From positions 298,654,001 through 298,718,000 of the forward strand of contig OZ024743.1 in assembly GCA_964016885.1 (NCBI GenBank): a DNA stretch of 64,000 nucleotides. The letters are read 5' to 3'. Under the pieces are notes generated by a model. It had not been told where the DNA came from. It saw only the letters and a program-made list of their open reading frames with translations, and did not search any database. A program made the position numbers and the translations under genes. Below, one piece after another: positions 1 through 12,029 of this stretch; the stretch's first letter is position 1, and every line of letters begins with the position of its first letter. The stretch is from Eledone cirrhosa (taxonomy: Eukaryota).

Positions 1-405
1 TTCGCTGGCAACCACAGTTTAAGGACATCATTAAAGATCCTCCAAAAGGCATCTCTTACGACTCCTTAAAAGCAGAAGTGATCCGTAGGAATAGTCGGTC
101 GTCTGAACGTAGTGGATATTCTTACTTTTGACCTGCATTGATCGTTTTTCGCGATAGCCTGAAGCCATCCCCTTAAAGGACATTACCGTCGACACGATAG
201 CGCGTGCCCTGGTATCAGGGTGGATTGTCCGCCGACCAAAATTACTACAGACCGTGGTAGGCAATTCGAATCAGATCTTTTCTCGGAGTTAACAAAAATT
301 ATTGGCGCTCAACGCATTTTGACCACATCTTATCATCCTGCTTCAAATGGAATGGTGGAGCGTTTTCACCGCCAATTAAAGACCGCTCTTCGTGACGCCA
401 CCTAG
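1..405 (+). pseudogene. Gypsy LTR-retrotransposon remnant: short gag fragment (~1-88) fused to an integrase core fragment (~89-405)
   Basis: Translations give KDIIKDPPKGISYDSLKAEVIRR (gag-like), then [25 protein letters not shown] and [17 protein letters not shown] (DDE integrase motifs). Stops and frameshifts are present. Confidence 0.85.
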
Positions 406-412
406 ATGACGT

Positions 413-778
413 TCAATCCCGACACAGTTTAGCCACTTGACGTGTTAACGCGTCAATGGCTCTCAACATGGCATCCTCACGTGGTGAGACAGGCTGGTTT
501 TTAAAGGCAGAAGAAGCGACGACCGAATCCGCTGAGGTAGGTTCTCTAGAAAATTCCATAATTCGGTCCGCAGAGACAGCAATCTGTTCTAAAGAACTGG
601 TGTCGACCATATTCACCAATATGGTCTGCACATTGTTTGGCAAACGGTAGAAGAATAGCTTCTTTACGAAGGAATTATCCTCGGTGGTTGAATAGCTAAG
701 TTCCCGGATTCGCCGTAAAAACTCAGAAGGAGATCTGTCGCCCAAATTTTCATCTAACAAGGAACGAAAACTTATCAT
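413..778 (-). pseudogene. Gypsy gag fragment, inverted relative to the integrase fragment
   Basis: LGDRSPSEFLRRIREL and LFFYRLPNNVQTIL are typical Gypsy gag motifs. The fragment starts immediately after the PBS. Confidence 0.8.
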
Positions 779-779
779 G

Positions 780-1004
780 TCGGGGTCACCAGTTTAGTGA
801 ATTGGCTTATTGGTTTAATCTTCTCCGGAAGATACTGCTGGTAACCAACCACTAATTCAATAAGAAAGAAGATATAGAGAGCTGCTCGTCAGAACGTGGC
901 CGGCAGGGAATAAGAGAGTGAGAAACATAAGTCTCGTCTATTTATAATGCCTACGGGAAGTAACTCTAATTAATTCTCTTTTTTTTACCCAAGGGGTCGC
1001 TACA
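780..1004 (-). mobile_element. Gypsy 5' LTR (~793-1004) plus primer-binding site (780-791)
   Basis: The minus strand starts TGTAG, contains TATAAAT and ATTAAA, ends CACTAAA (degenerate ...TACA) and is followed by TGGTGACCCCGA. Confidence 0.75.
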
Positions 1005-1059
1005 TTTATATACACACACACTATATATACAGATACACACACAAAACACATATAGTGTC

Positions 1060-1290
1060 ATAATGTCGTAATGCAGACAGCGAGAGATACAGACAGATAT
1101 TATAAGGGCGCGACGTTATAGCTCTCTAATGCGGTCCCTAGGGCAATGAAAAGTTAAAATATCTTTTGCTCAAAACACTCACACGACCATAGGTATTACA
1201 TGTGTAAAGTTTGAAAAAAATCGGTTGGGTGGTTCTCGAGTTTTAGGGAGTCAGACAGGCAGACAGACATTCTCTGTTTTATATATATAT
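1060..1290 (-). mobile_element. Probable 5' end of a non-autonomous Helitron
   Basis: The minus strand reads ATATATAAAACAGAGAATGTCTGTCTG...AACCGATTTTTTTCAAACTTT, resembling Helitron-N 5' ends. No 3' CTAG hairpin was found. Confidence 0.4.
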
Positions 1291-1381
1291 ATACTTGATA
1301 TACAAATTAGGCTGCTCAGCCGTTAATATGCATAAGGAAAGTATATACTTTCAGACGTTCAATCATCTGACAAAAAGGTAT

Positions 1382-1424
1382 ACGATGCTGACGATAGCTG
1401 ATAAGCTTGAAACTAGTACATCGT
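1382..1424 (+). ncRNA. Minimal type I hammerhead ribozyme in a Penelope-like remnant
   Basis: ACGATG-CTGACGA-T-AGCT(GATA)AGCT-T-GAAA-CTAG-TA-CATCGT: 6-bp stem I, intact core, palindromic stem III, GUA cleavage triplet. Confidence 0.75.
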
Positions 1425-1699
1425 TCCTGTGTCAGTGTTGAACAAAAGGGTGACGATGGTTGCCGAGCACTGTACGGCGTAATTCGGGCTGTTTGTTTAC
1501 AAACAAACCGAACATTCTAATAAATGTTCGTTAAACCCATACATACATATATATATGTGTGCATGCATGTATATATATACATACTACTGTGTGTCTGTAC
1601 ACATATATGTATGTACGTATACATACTTGTATGTACGCATACATACTTATATATATATATATATATTGTTATACTTTGGGACGGGTCAAATTCAGAAAC

Positions 1700-1844
<145 letters not shown>

Positions 1845-2015
1845 GGTAAACATTGATGAAATTCAATTCGAGAACTCAACGTGCATTTTTCCAGCAGAGG
1901 TCAGACGAGCTTTTGCTTCCAGAGTCAGGCCAGATCGATACAGATCGAACCTTGAGCTGATCAATAGCGAAACTTGCGTCAATAAACGTAATGAGGGCTT
2001 AACACATGGTCCTTG

Positions 2016-2053
<38 letters not shown>

Positions 2054-2117
2054 CAAGGAGTTCAGTTACGAAAGGTGTTAGGTATTAGGTTTACGCTTGA
2101 TATATATATATATATAT

Positions 2118-2870
2118 ATTGTTATACTTTGGGAGGGTCATGCTGCCAATAAAAATACACGCACCTGTTGCTTTTCACTTCAATTTATTATAAATATCCG
2201 GATGGCTGGTTGGTTCGATAACCGGAAGGTTGTTTATATATTGTCAAAGTTCTTTCATCACACATTCTGTGACCTCCTCAGTGACTAGATTTTTTATTTT
2301 GTGTCACTTCTTTATTCTGTCCTACACCATGTTGTTTTTGTGTATTATGTGTTGTGTGCTTAGTTTGCGCATGCGTTACATCCGTGTGTGTGTGTGTGCT
2401 TTTATTTATTTAATTATGTGTTTATTTACTTGTCACTAGTTGGCTGTTTGTTCTATCTGTGTGTGTCTGATTTTTTTTTTTTTTTGCGTCTGTATGTTTT
2501 CATTTTGTTCTTAATTACTGGTTGTGATGTTGCTATTCCACTCATATTTTTTGTTTAATTTTTGTTGGAGTTCGTTTATATTTGTCACCTCTGTGATTTG
2601 TTTGAGCATTGCATCTTTTCTGTGTGTGTATATATTTGTTATCTCTATGTTCTCTAATGTACCCCTTATGTTCTATTTTGGCATGTTGGTGAAGTTCTGA
2701 TGAGTTTTTCCCATCCTGGAGTTCTCGCCAGTGTTCACTTATCCTTTCTCCTATGCTACGGGCTGTTTCACCTATGTATGCTGTATTCTTATTTCTACAT
2801 TGTCCCTCAGTACATCTTGTGCTATATACCACGTTCCTAGTTTTGCAGTTAGTTCGCTGGCTTAGCTTGC
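2118..2870 (-). mobile_element. Penelope-like element 3' fragment with GIY-YIG endonuclease remnant and hammerhead
   Basis: ORF 2542-2832 has VYSTRC...AYIGETARSIGERISEH...SSELHQH (GIY-YIG). The 3' region is homologous to 13525-14280. Confidence 0.85.
2243..2285 (-). ncRNA. Minimal type I hammerhead ribozyme
   Basis: The minus strand reads GTCA-CTGAGGA-G-GTCACA(GAATG)TGTGAT-GAAA-GAAC-TT-TGAC. Homologues lie at 13736-13778(-) and 14233-14275(+). Confidence 0.65.
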
Positions 2871-3020
2871 AGACCTGGGTGAACCTACAGTAACTTCACG
2901 TTACACTCCCTGGATATATATATATATACATATATATAAAAGTAGTAACACAAAAGTTAGTTCACCATACCGAGAATAATTGATTCACCTTAGCGGATGT
3001 TCAGCTCGTACTGGTCATGG

Positions 3021-3070
<50 letters not shown>

Positions 3071-3797
3071 GTATATATATAATATAAAGTATCGAAGATC
3101 GGTGGTATTAATCAACGTTCTCCGGCCAACGTCCAGCTCACTCAATGAATCTGCCGAATTGCAGTGATGCAGCTACAATTAGCTGTTCAGAGTGCACCAT
3201 TTAGTTAATAGCTGAAACGGTGGCTGTGCTTTGGTAGATATAAAAGCAAAAATCCCAACTCCTGGATGATATAGTTTCTGTGCAATATAAGTTCACAAAT
3301 GCAGATATTATACACACACACACACACATACATACATACATACATACATACATACATACATACATACATACATACATACATACATACATACATACATACA
3401 TGCACTCACACACACATATATATATATATATATATAACCACAAAGTTACTAAGACAAAACATATATATTTGCTAGCATAGGTATGCATCTGTATACATAT
3501 GTTGGTAGATATACTAATTCTTTATAATAACTCCAAATTATTTGTTGAGCAAAACTTGCCGAAATTACTACTATGATTAATAGTAGGGCTAGGCCCTGTC
3601 TTAATAGCACCCCACTCCTCACTGATTAACCTCAGTGTCACGTGATTGATTCTTTTGAATTTGCCGCTTGACCAAGTAGGCAGTTAATTTTTCAATGTCT
3701 TGGAATCTAGTCCCCGCTCGCTTTTTTCCATCCACTGAATTATTTTTATATAAGTTCCCAGTGTCCTCGCATTGCCTGGAAGCTTAGCTGGGAATAG

Positions 3798-3878
3798 ACT
3801 CCCTGATGACGTAAGGTTTCTCTGTGGATACGCTTCGTAACCATATTTATCCCCTTACAGAAACTAATTAGTTGGAGT
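3798..3878 (+). ncRNA. Type I hammerhead ribozyme with long stem II
   Basis: ACTCC-CTGATGA-C-GTAAGG...CCTTAC-A-GAAA-CTAATTAG-TT-GGAGT. Stem III (AACTAATTAGTT) is a perfect palindrome. Confidence 0.7.
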
Positions 3879-3924
3879 GAAATTTTAGTAAGTAAGTCAA
3901 TTTTCATAACTTTCTTATTTACGT

Positions 3925-4034
<110 letters not shown>

Positions 4035-4751
4035 AAGGAAGACAGGGAGTTGAAAGAACGCCGATGAGAAGTTAAATAACAAGGAAACCGATAGGTTAGA
4101 TCCCCATCTATGCTGACGCATCAAAGAAATGATAGTAAAGAATATATTCGTATACTCTTGGTTTCTTTCTGACTAAACATCACACTCATTTATTACACAG
4201 AAGGAAATAGAAAGTGACATTCATGCCTGTCAGAAGTATTATTGATGTAAATGAATTAAAATAAATCCAACTAGCGTTTGGAATTGTGCCTCGGTCTTCG
4301 CTTGTAAGAAGTTTACCGTTCATGTCACTCATGACAGCATTATTTCAATAAGTTAGGTGCAAAACTATAATGACTTTTCACTATGCATGCGAAACATTGA
4401 AGCGTGTTATAACTGGCACACATTTTATTGAAGTAAATTATGTTGGATATGAACGGAAGAGGTAGAGGAGCGGATCAAATAGCTGTATAGTGTTTAGACA
4501 CTACAATATGTCTACTCTAAGAAATGCAATAATATTGTATTTATCATATACTACATTGAGCTAATTCAAGCACATCTATCATCTGTATGGAAAATATAGC
4601 ATATCAAATATTAGCCCCTGAAAAGCTCAGGGGAGGAGCATAATGCAGTACTCCACCAACATCTGAAACGATGTTGTAGCTATACTCACATACATCCTAG
4701 ACCTCCTTCCAAGAAACACCATGCAGATGATTAGAATGAAATCACTTACCA

Positions 4752-4924
4752 ATGCACTCCAGCTTCTGGCTTACATATGTGAGGTCTAACCTTTGTACGG
4801 CTACTACAGTGGTCTCTACTCATTGGAGATGGCGTGTCTCGTGTCAACACTTTCGACTTTCTCACTTATTTCCATTTCACCACCGTTACCTTGTCTTCCC
4901 CAAAATCCGCACTAACCACAACCC

Positions 4925-5013
<89 letters not shown>

Positions 5014-8000
5014 CGAATCCCAGGGTTGGGGCGGAATCACTGGCAACAGAACAAATTAAAGAAAGGATCGAAAAAGTGGAGGGAGTGCATGCTCAGGATG
5101 AAACTCCAAATGAAAATAATGAGATCGTAAATGATAAAGAAATGAATGAGAATGAACTTGCCAACTTGAAGGATGAAATTATGATCGAATGGATGAAAAT
5201 GAAAGAATCTGACATGGGGCAACGAGACACCCTCCCTAAGATCCAGAACTCCAAACAGAACCAAAAGATAATACACAAGACTAACATAATTCTCAAAAGC
5301 ATTATCATCACAAACAAACTAAACATTACTGATTTAAATCATCTCTATTATGCATCGGCTAAAGTCACCACTCACTTATGTGGAGTGAAGATGAAAAAAC
5401 AAAGGAATTCCCACAAGAAATCTACTTGGCAAGAGAACATCAATCGCCAAATAAACCTTCTCCGATCTGACATAGAAATTTTAACAAACTATAAAGTAGG
5501 TGAACATGTTAAACAAACTAAACTTAGAAAATTGAAAAAAAGGTACCGTATAAAATCAACATGTGACATAGACATGCTGATAGAAATAATCAAGCAAAAA
5601 GTGTCGGCCAAAGCTGCTCGTATAAGGCGCTTTGAAAAACGATCTAGATTCTATAAGGACAATAATATGTTCAAAAACAACCAAAGAAACTTCTACAGAA
5701 AAATTGGTAAGTCAACAATAACTGCTAAATCAATACCACCCAAGGAGGAAGTACAAGAATTCTGGGAAAAGATCTGGGCCGAAGAAAAAGTTCATAACAT
5801 ACATGCCCCATGGATAGACAGACAAATGAAAGATACAGCTCACCTTGAGGAACAAATATGGGAAAATATAACAGTTGAACAGTTGCGCTTGGCTCTAAGA
5901 AAAACCAGCAAATGGAAATCCCCAGGAAAAGACAAAATACAAAACTTTTGGATAAATGCCTTCACAGAGTCTCATGAGCTGTTAGCCCAACTTTACAATG
6001 AAATAGTTAAGGAGCCAGAAAAGATACCATCATGGCTAGTTAACGGCATTACATTCCTGCTTCCGAAGAATGATGAGACAAACAATCCCAAAAATTACAG
6101 ACCGATAACTTTCTTGACCACAATGTATAAAATTTTAACATCAGTCCTAACTGAATACACATATTACCAGCTGATAACAAATGACCTATTTCCCATTGAG
6201 CAGAAAGGGTGTAAACGAGGCTCATATGGCTGTAAGGATCAGCTTCTGGTTAACAAAATGATACTGGAAGATTGTCATAATAGACACAAAAATCTATCGA
6301 TTGCTTGGATAGATTATAAAAAAGCATTCGATAGTTTGCCACACAGTTGGATTGAAAAATGTTTAGAGATTTTCAAAATATCCCCCGTTGTCAGGAGGTT
6401 TTTGTCATTCAGTATGAAGACATGGAAAACGACACTCCTTTTGAATAGTGAAACAAAATCACTGGAAGCTGGAGAAGTTAATATTAATTGTGGAATTTTT
6501 CAGGGTGACTCTTTATCACCGCTTTTATTCTGCATCGCACTTATACCATTAAGTAAAATGCTCAATAAAACAAAACATGGATATAAAGTCTATGACAAAA
6601 CCATTAATCACCTGTTCTACATGGATGACCTGAAACTATTTGCAAAAAATGATGAACAATTGCAAGGGCTATTATCCACTGTGGAGCAGTTCAGTGATGA
6701 CATTAAAATGGAGTTTGGACTAGATAAATGCGCCAAAGCAACGTTCACCAGAGGAAAGCTGCTGAAGAGTTCAGACATTAATCTTGATCGGGGGAACGTG
6801 ATAAGAGAACTTGATCAAGAAAAAACTTACAAATATCTAAGTGTTTGTGAAGGAGACGGAATCAAGCACTCGACAATGAGGGAAAGGATAAGGAAGGAAT
6901 GTTACCGCAGAGTAAGAGCAATCTTAAGAACGGAATTGAATGCAAGGAATAGGATCGATGCCATAAACACGCTTGCCATAGCAGTAGTAACCTACAGTTA
7001 CAATGTCATCAACTGGTCAAGCACAGAGATCCGTAGGCTCGATACAAAAATTCGAAAATTCTTAACCATGCACAGAATGCATCACCCTAAGGCAGATATA
7101 GATAGAATATATCTCCCTAGGAAAGAAGGAGGACGTGGGTTAATCCAGTTAGACATTGCGTTGAAAACTGCAACAATTGGATTATCTACATATCTAAGGG
7201 AATCACATGATTGGATGATCAAACTCGTTTTGAAACACGAAAGCATCAAAAGATCATATTCCATTACAAAAGATGCACAAAGATACAGGAATGGACTACA
7301 AATTTCAGAAGTCCCATTTACTGCTGAAATGGAAAACACAGAAAAAGCAAAGCAGGTAAAAGTAACTGCAAAGAAAGAACTGCTACAGAAACTGGCTAAG
7401 AAATGGCAAGAAAAGCCTCTGTATGGAAAATACCCAGAACGAGCTAACAATCCTGATGTTGACAAAACTTTAACCCATCAGTGGTTGGCATCCTTTGGAC
7501 TGAAATCGGAGACTGAAGGACTGATTATATCAGCACAAGATCAGTGTCTGCCAACAAAAAATTACCAAGCCAACATAATAAAAAATGGATGCAGCCCATT
7601 ATGCCGTGTATGCAAAAAACAACCAGAGACCATTGACCATATAATTTCAATGTGCAGTCCTATAGCTCCAACCGAATACCTAAACAGGCATGACAGAGCT
7701 GCACAATACATACATTGGATAATGTGTAAGCATTTTGACCTGTCCCATCAAAAGAATTGGTGGGAGCATCAAACACCTCCCATACTTGAAAAAGATCACA
7801 TCTCAATCTTGTGGAACTTTAGCATCCAAACAGACCGAAAAATAGATGCAAATAGACCTGATATAATATTGAAGGACTTTAAAAAGAGGGTATGCCTGCT
7901 AATTGATATCTCTGTTCCAATAGACAAGAATGTATCTATAAAAACATTTGAAAAATTGAGCAAGTATAAGGACCTGGAGATAGAAATTGGAAAAATGTGG

Positions 8001-8168
8001 AAATTGAGAACTAAAACAATACCAGTGGTTGTAGGCGCTCTGGGAATGATACCTAAGGGGTCTAATGATTACTTATCGCAAATCCCAGGAAACCCGCGTA
8101 TAGGAGAAATACAAAAGACAGTACTAATGGGAACTGCCCATATACTAAGGAAGATTCTGTCAATATAA
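4752..8168 (+). CDS. RT + restriction-like endonuclease ORF; the N-terminal ~86 aa are read-through of flank and (AAT)n
   Basis: Motifs IDYKKAFDS, GIFQGDSLSP, YMDD, CCHC knuckle CRVC..H....C, RHD, NRPDI and KLSKY. Confidence 0.85.
4927..5009 (+). repeat. (AAT)n microsatellite, target of Dong family A
   Basis: Pure AAT run directly abutting the LINE 5' junction. Confidence 0.95.
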
Positions 8169-8312
8169 GTACATCACAAGTCTAAACACTAAAGATGCAT
8201 GTGTGAGTATGTATGTTCTTTCTTGAACATGGCGGACCTTGTTGTCTCTTGAGGTCACTGGTTGTGACTTGGTGATAACTCGTATGAACATAAAGCAAGA
8301 TAAATGCAACTG
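5010..8312 (+). mobile_element. 5'-truncated Dong/R4-type non-LTR retrotransposon, family A
   Basis: Near-identical to 51093-54391 and flanked by (TAA)n on both sides. Confidence 0.95.
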
Positions 8313-8559
8313 TAATAATAATAATAATAATGAACAAATCTTTCTATTTTCTGAGCTTCTCAAATTCTTTGCCGCAATATTGTGATTACATAACTAGTGT
8401 AGATATTGGTCAACTCTGCCAGTCCTTGATTTATACTCTACTGGTGCTAGAACTTTACATCCGGAGATTAAGTTGTCGCCGTTTCAATCTTATCATACTT
8501 CGCAGAATCATATTTTGTATCTAATCCATTTCTTATCACATTGCCTTGATAGTTACGAG

Positions 8560-10260
8560 TTAATAAGCTTTGATCTTGAGCTACTAATATGAAGCCTTTC
8601 TTCTCTGCCCTGCACTACGTAGCCACTTATGGGTATTATTTCTTTGCTGGGACTATCTTGAAAAATAAACCTCATTAACGCTCATTTTTGTCATTCCAGA
8701 GGCGTATTTTGGTAAGTCTGTGAACCTTTCAGCCGACCCTCGTACAGTGAATAATTCATACTAGATTTCTTGTTGTTGGAGGTCCGTACACCTTTGTATT
8801 CATGATAATTATTATTTGTAGACTATACATTTGGTGTATTACAACATTTGGTAATTATTTTTCTTGTTTTCCTGTCTGGTATTGTTAATTGTTTTAGCAC
8901 CCTGTTGAGAATATTGTAATTATAACTTATTACTAGAACTGTTGGTTTATTTATACCTATTTCTAAAGTTTTTGCACTTAGTTCTGTTTTAAGTTCTAAT
9001 GCAATCTGTCTATCATAAACCCTCATGACATTTTCTACCACCCGTGTGTAATGTACTGTGTCTAGCACATTAATACCTAAGTAATTGTAAGTCTGTGTTT
9101 ATTATAATACTTTTATCTTTGTTTCTTTATCATTACCATTCTTAATTAATTTCCCTCTCTTAAAGGTTGCTTTTGCGCATTTTGTAGCTCGAATTTCGTA
9201 TGATTTCACCGGTTAAATGGCTACAGCAATGCTTTTCGTTGTTTAATGTCTGCAGCGTACAATGGGAAATCGTCAATATACAAAATATGGTTGATTGCTC
9301 TCCTGTAGCATTGGTATTCTAATCTAGTCGGGTTGTTGTGTAGTCTGATATAAGCCATGATCAACCTGTCCCATGGTTCATCTGGATGAGGACCATATTG
9401 TATTAATTGACAGTATGCAAGGTGATCTTGATCAAAACGCAACAAATGATGTTCATCATTGTTGGTGGTATGCATCCCAGTACAGTGTCTATGGCCAGTG
9501 AGGCTATTGTTGTTGCAGATATTTGTTTCTGTATATGTTTATATGTTTGTCTGGCTGGGCTGGGTGGGAGACATAGTATGTTGTAGTAATACTTAGGGTT
9601 TTTTTACAGGTTGTTTTTATGTAATGGCAAAAAATTTGGAGATAACATTTTCTGTATCAACCAATTTAGCCCTTCGTATACCTACCTCAGCTTAATAGGC
9701 TAGTTAAAGGTGTTAACGCCAGGCATAAAATGAGTGGGTGGAAGGAAACCCCTCCCCCTCCACTTGCAATATTCCTCTTGATTGAATTTGTTTATGTAAT
9801 TCCTTATTTTGTTTTTATTGGTAAGACTGTCAGTCATTTATTCACGGCGTGTTTAATGCATTTGCTTATTATTGGTGCTAGCTTATTCAGGGCAAATATT
9901 CCCAGGTTTATTATGTGAAGAACACTGTCAAAAGCCTTCCAGTAGACAATCCACAGTATATTTTGGCCATAACTTCTCTTACACTAATAGGTTATGACTT
10001 GAGTGTCCAATAATTGATGTTTACAGTTATATGAGCCTTGGCAGCACCTTTTCTGTTTTTTATGAAATCAGATCTATTTTCAGGTAATGTTTATACTCTG
10101 CAATATTATTTCAGTTGAGACATTGTAAAATGTAGGAAGGTAGGTTATGAAATGTTCTGTTTATTTAGTTTTGAGGTTTCAGATGGTTTAGTCTCAGTGA
10201 GTCGGGTTACTAAATATTTTTGTCAGCAGTTGATATGTGCTTGGTGAGTAGTGCAGCTAG
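8560..10260 (-). pseudogene. Heavily decayed Dong/R4-like RT fragment
   Basis: Remnants INHILYIDDFPLYA and ISYNYNILN...DRKTRKIIT resemble the intact family A protein. There are many stops. Confidence 0.6.
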
Positions 10261-10565
10261 AAGGTTTAGATTTTATCATTTTCTGGTGATTTGAGATATA
10301 CGTTTTCTGTAAGCGCTGGAGTATTTCTTAAATTGATATGGCATAAAAACAACAGGCAAATTGAGTCAATTTGGCTTTGTATATTCTGCTGGGAGAGCCC
10401 TGTGGTTTAAGCACGTAATCAACATAATGCATTTATTGGGTCATTCTTACGTTTAGATACACATACGTGTATATAATTATATGTAAGTGTATGTACGTTT
10501 GTATGTATGTATGTGTGCGCGCGTATGCATGTATGTATTTATGTATATGTGTGTGTCTATGTATG

Positions 10566-11371
10566 TTCCTCTGGTTTTATAATTTTAGAAATGTTTAATA
10601 ATAGAGAGAGTCGGTTTCTAACATCGATACAAAACTCTCTCATTAGAATTTAAAAAACATCAACTAGGTAGACATGTATGCATGTCTGCATGCATGTGTG
10701 TGCAGGTATGGCTGTTATTGCATGTGTGGATGTGTATGTTCTGAGTTATATGTGTGCATGTGCATACGTTTTCTATCTGTACGAGTGTACATGCAGTTAT
10801 TAGATGCAGAATTTTTGGAATGTTTTTACATATTTTTACTGTTCCATTAATGGACTGTACTTGTAATTTCCTAACCAGTTGTGTTCTTTCTGTTTCTGTG
10901 AGACCTGTCTTCTCAAGATTTGTATTGAGGCAGTTACTAACATATCCCAGAGCCCCAATAATCACAGGTATAAATCTGAAGGTATAATCAGGGTGGAGTA
11001 TCTGTAGATTTCTCATTAGTTCTGCATAGATATACTCCTTTTTGCGCATCCTTAATATTATAGTGGTAACTGCTGGGCAGCTAACTTCCACTACTGTGTA
11101 TGCCTTTTTTTCTCTGTTCCATATCATTATATCTGGTCTGTTATGCCTGCATTTCATTGGGGTTTTGACTGGAACATTCCACCAGCACTCTTTCATATTA
11201 TGTATATGCATGTTTTCCACATTGCTGTAACTTTTAATGAGCTTATTGTCGGGGCTATCTTTTCTACGGATTGCATTGTACAGTGTTTTGGCCACCACAT
11301 CATGCCTCATAGATAGATAGTACCGTGATGACATCTTTGGATAGCTGCTTATGACATGGCTGACATCTTCG
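10566..11371 (-). mobile_element. 5'-truncated Dong/R4-type LINE, family B (RLE fragment)
   Basis: RHDVVAK, NRPDIMI and FIPVIIGALG motifs. Homologous to 46050-46823, with (ACAT)n at both junctions. Confidence 0.9.
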
Positions 11372-11424
11372 GTATGTATGTATATGTATGCATATATATT
11401 TGTTTAAGTATGTATGTATATATG

Positions 11425-11620
11425 TTGGGTCACTCTTGAGTGCTACTGGTAACATGTAACCCAGTACAACCTATCGTATGGTCGGGTCGTCAGCGACTAA
11501 ACCGGCAACCCCACCAAGTTTACTTGGTGAGGAGGGTGATTTTGGACACCCTGCAAGACAAAAAAAAAACCTGACAAACGGAGGAAGAATTCATAAGAGT
11601 CAACGGCCATCCAAAAATGT
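11425..11620 (+). mobile_element. Probable RTE-type 5'UTR fragment
   Basis: GC-rich hairpin-forming block in (TATG)n containing CCGGCAACCCCACC, reminiscent of RTE 5'UTRs. Confidence 0.3.
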
Positions 11621-11667
11621 GTAAGTATGTATATACGCATGTACATATGTATGTGTATGTATATGTG

Positions 11668-12020
11668 CGGGGACAGAAGTAGTCGGGCTGGATACCCGAT
11701 TGCGTGATTAAACCACTGGGAGTGAAGGACCCCTAGCCTTAGTCAGGGCATTCTTCTAAGAGAAAGCAACTCAGGAAACTGGGATGATTCCGACATAAAC
11801 CCTGCGGTTCAGTAGTTACCGATGATGTTGATCTTTTCTTCTTTTCAGATTTAGCTACTGTCGTTCAGAGAGTGGGATTGGCTCAGTGCACAGTCTTTCC
11901 TCACTTTAAACAATATCTTCACGCAAAGGCATTGCTCGATGGCATTAATTGATAATTATTAATAATGTTATATCGTGCAATGGCCACACACGATAACGAG
12001 GGGGCAGCCATCATCATCAT
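11668..12020 (+). mobile_element. Non-autonomous RTE-derived element (5'UTR-like head, RTE 3' end, (CAT)n tail)
   Basis: The 3' end GCAATGGCCACACACGATAACGAGGGGGCAGCCATCATC matches the RTE 3' end at 41557-41597. Confidence 0.6.
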
Positions 12021-12029
12021 GTATGTATG

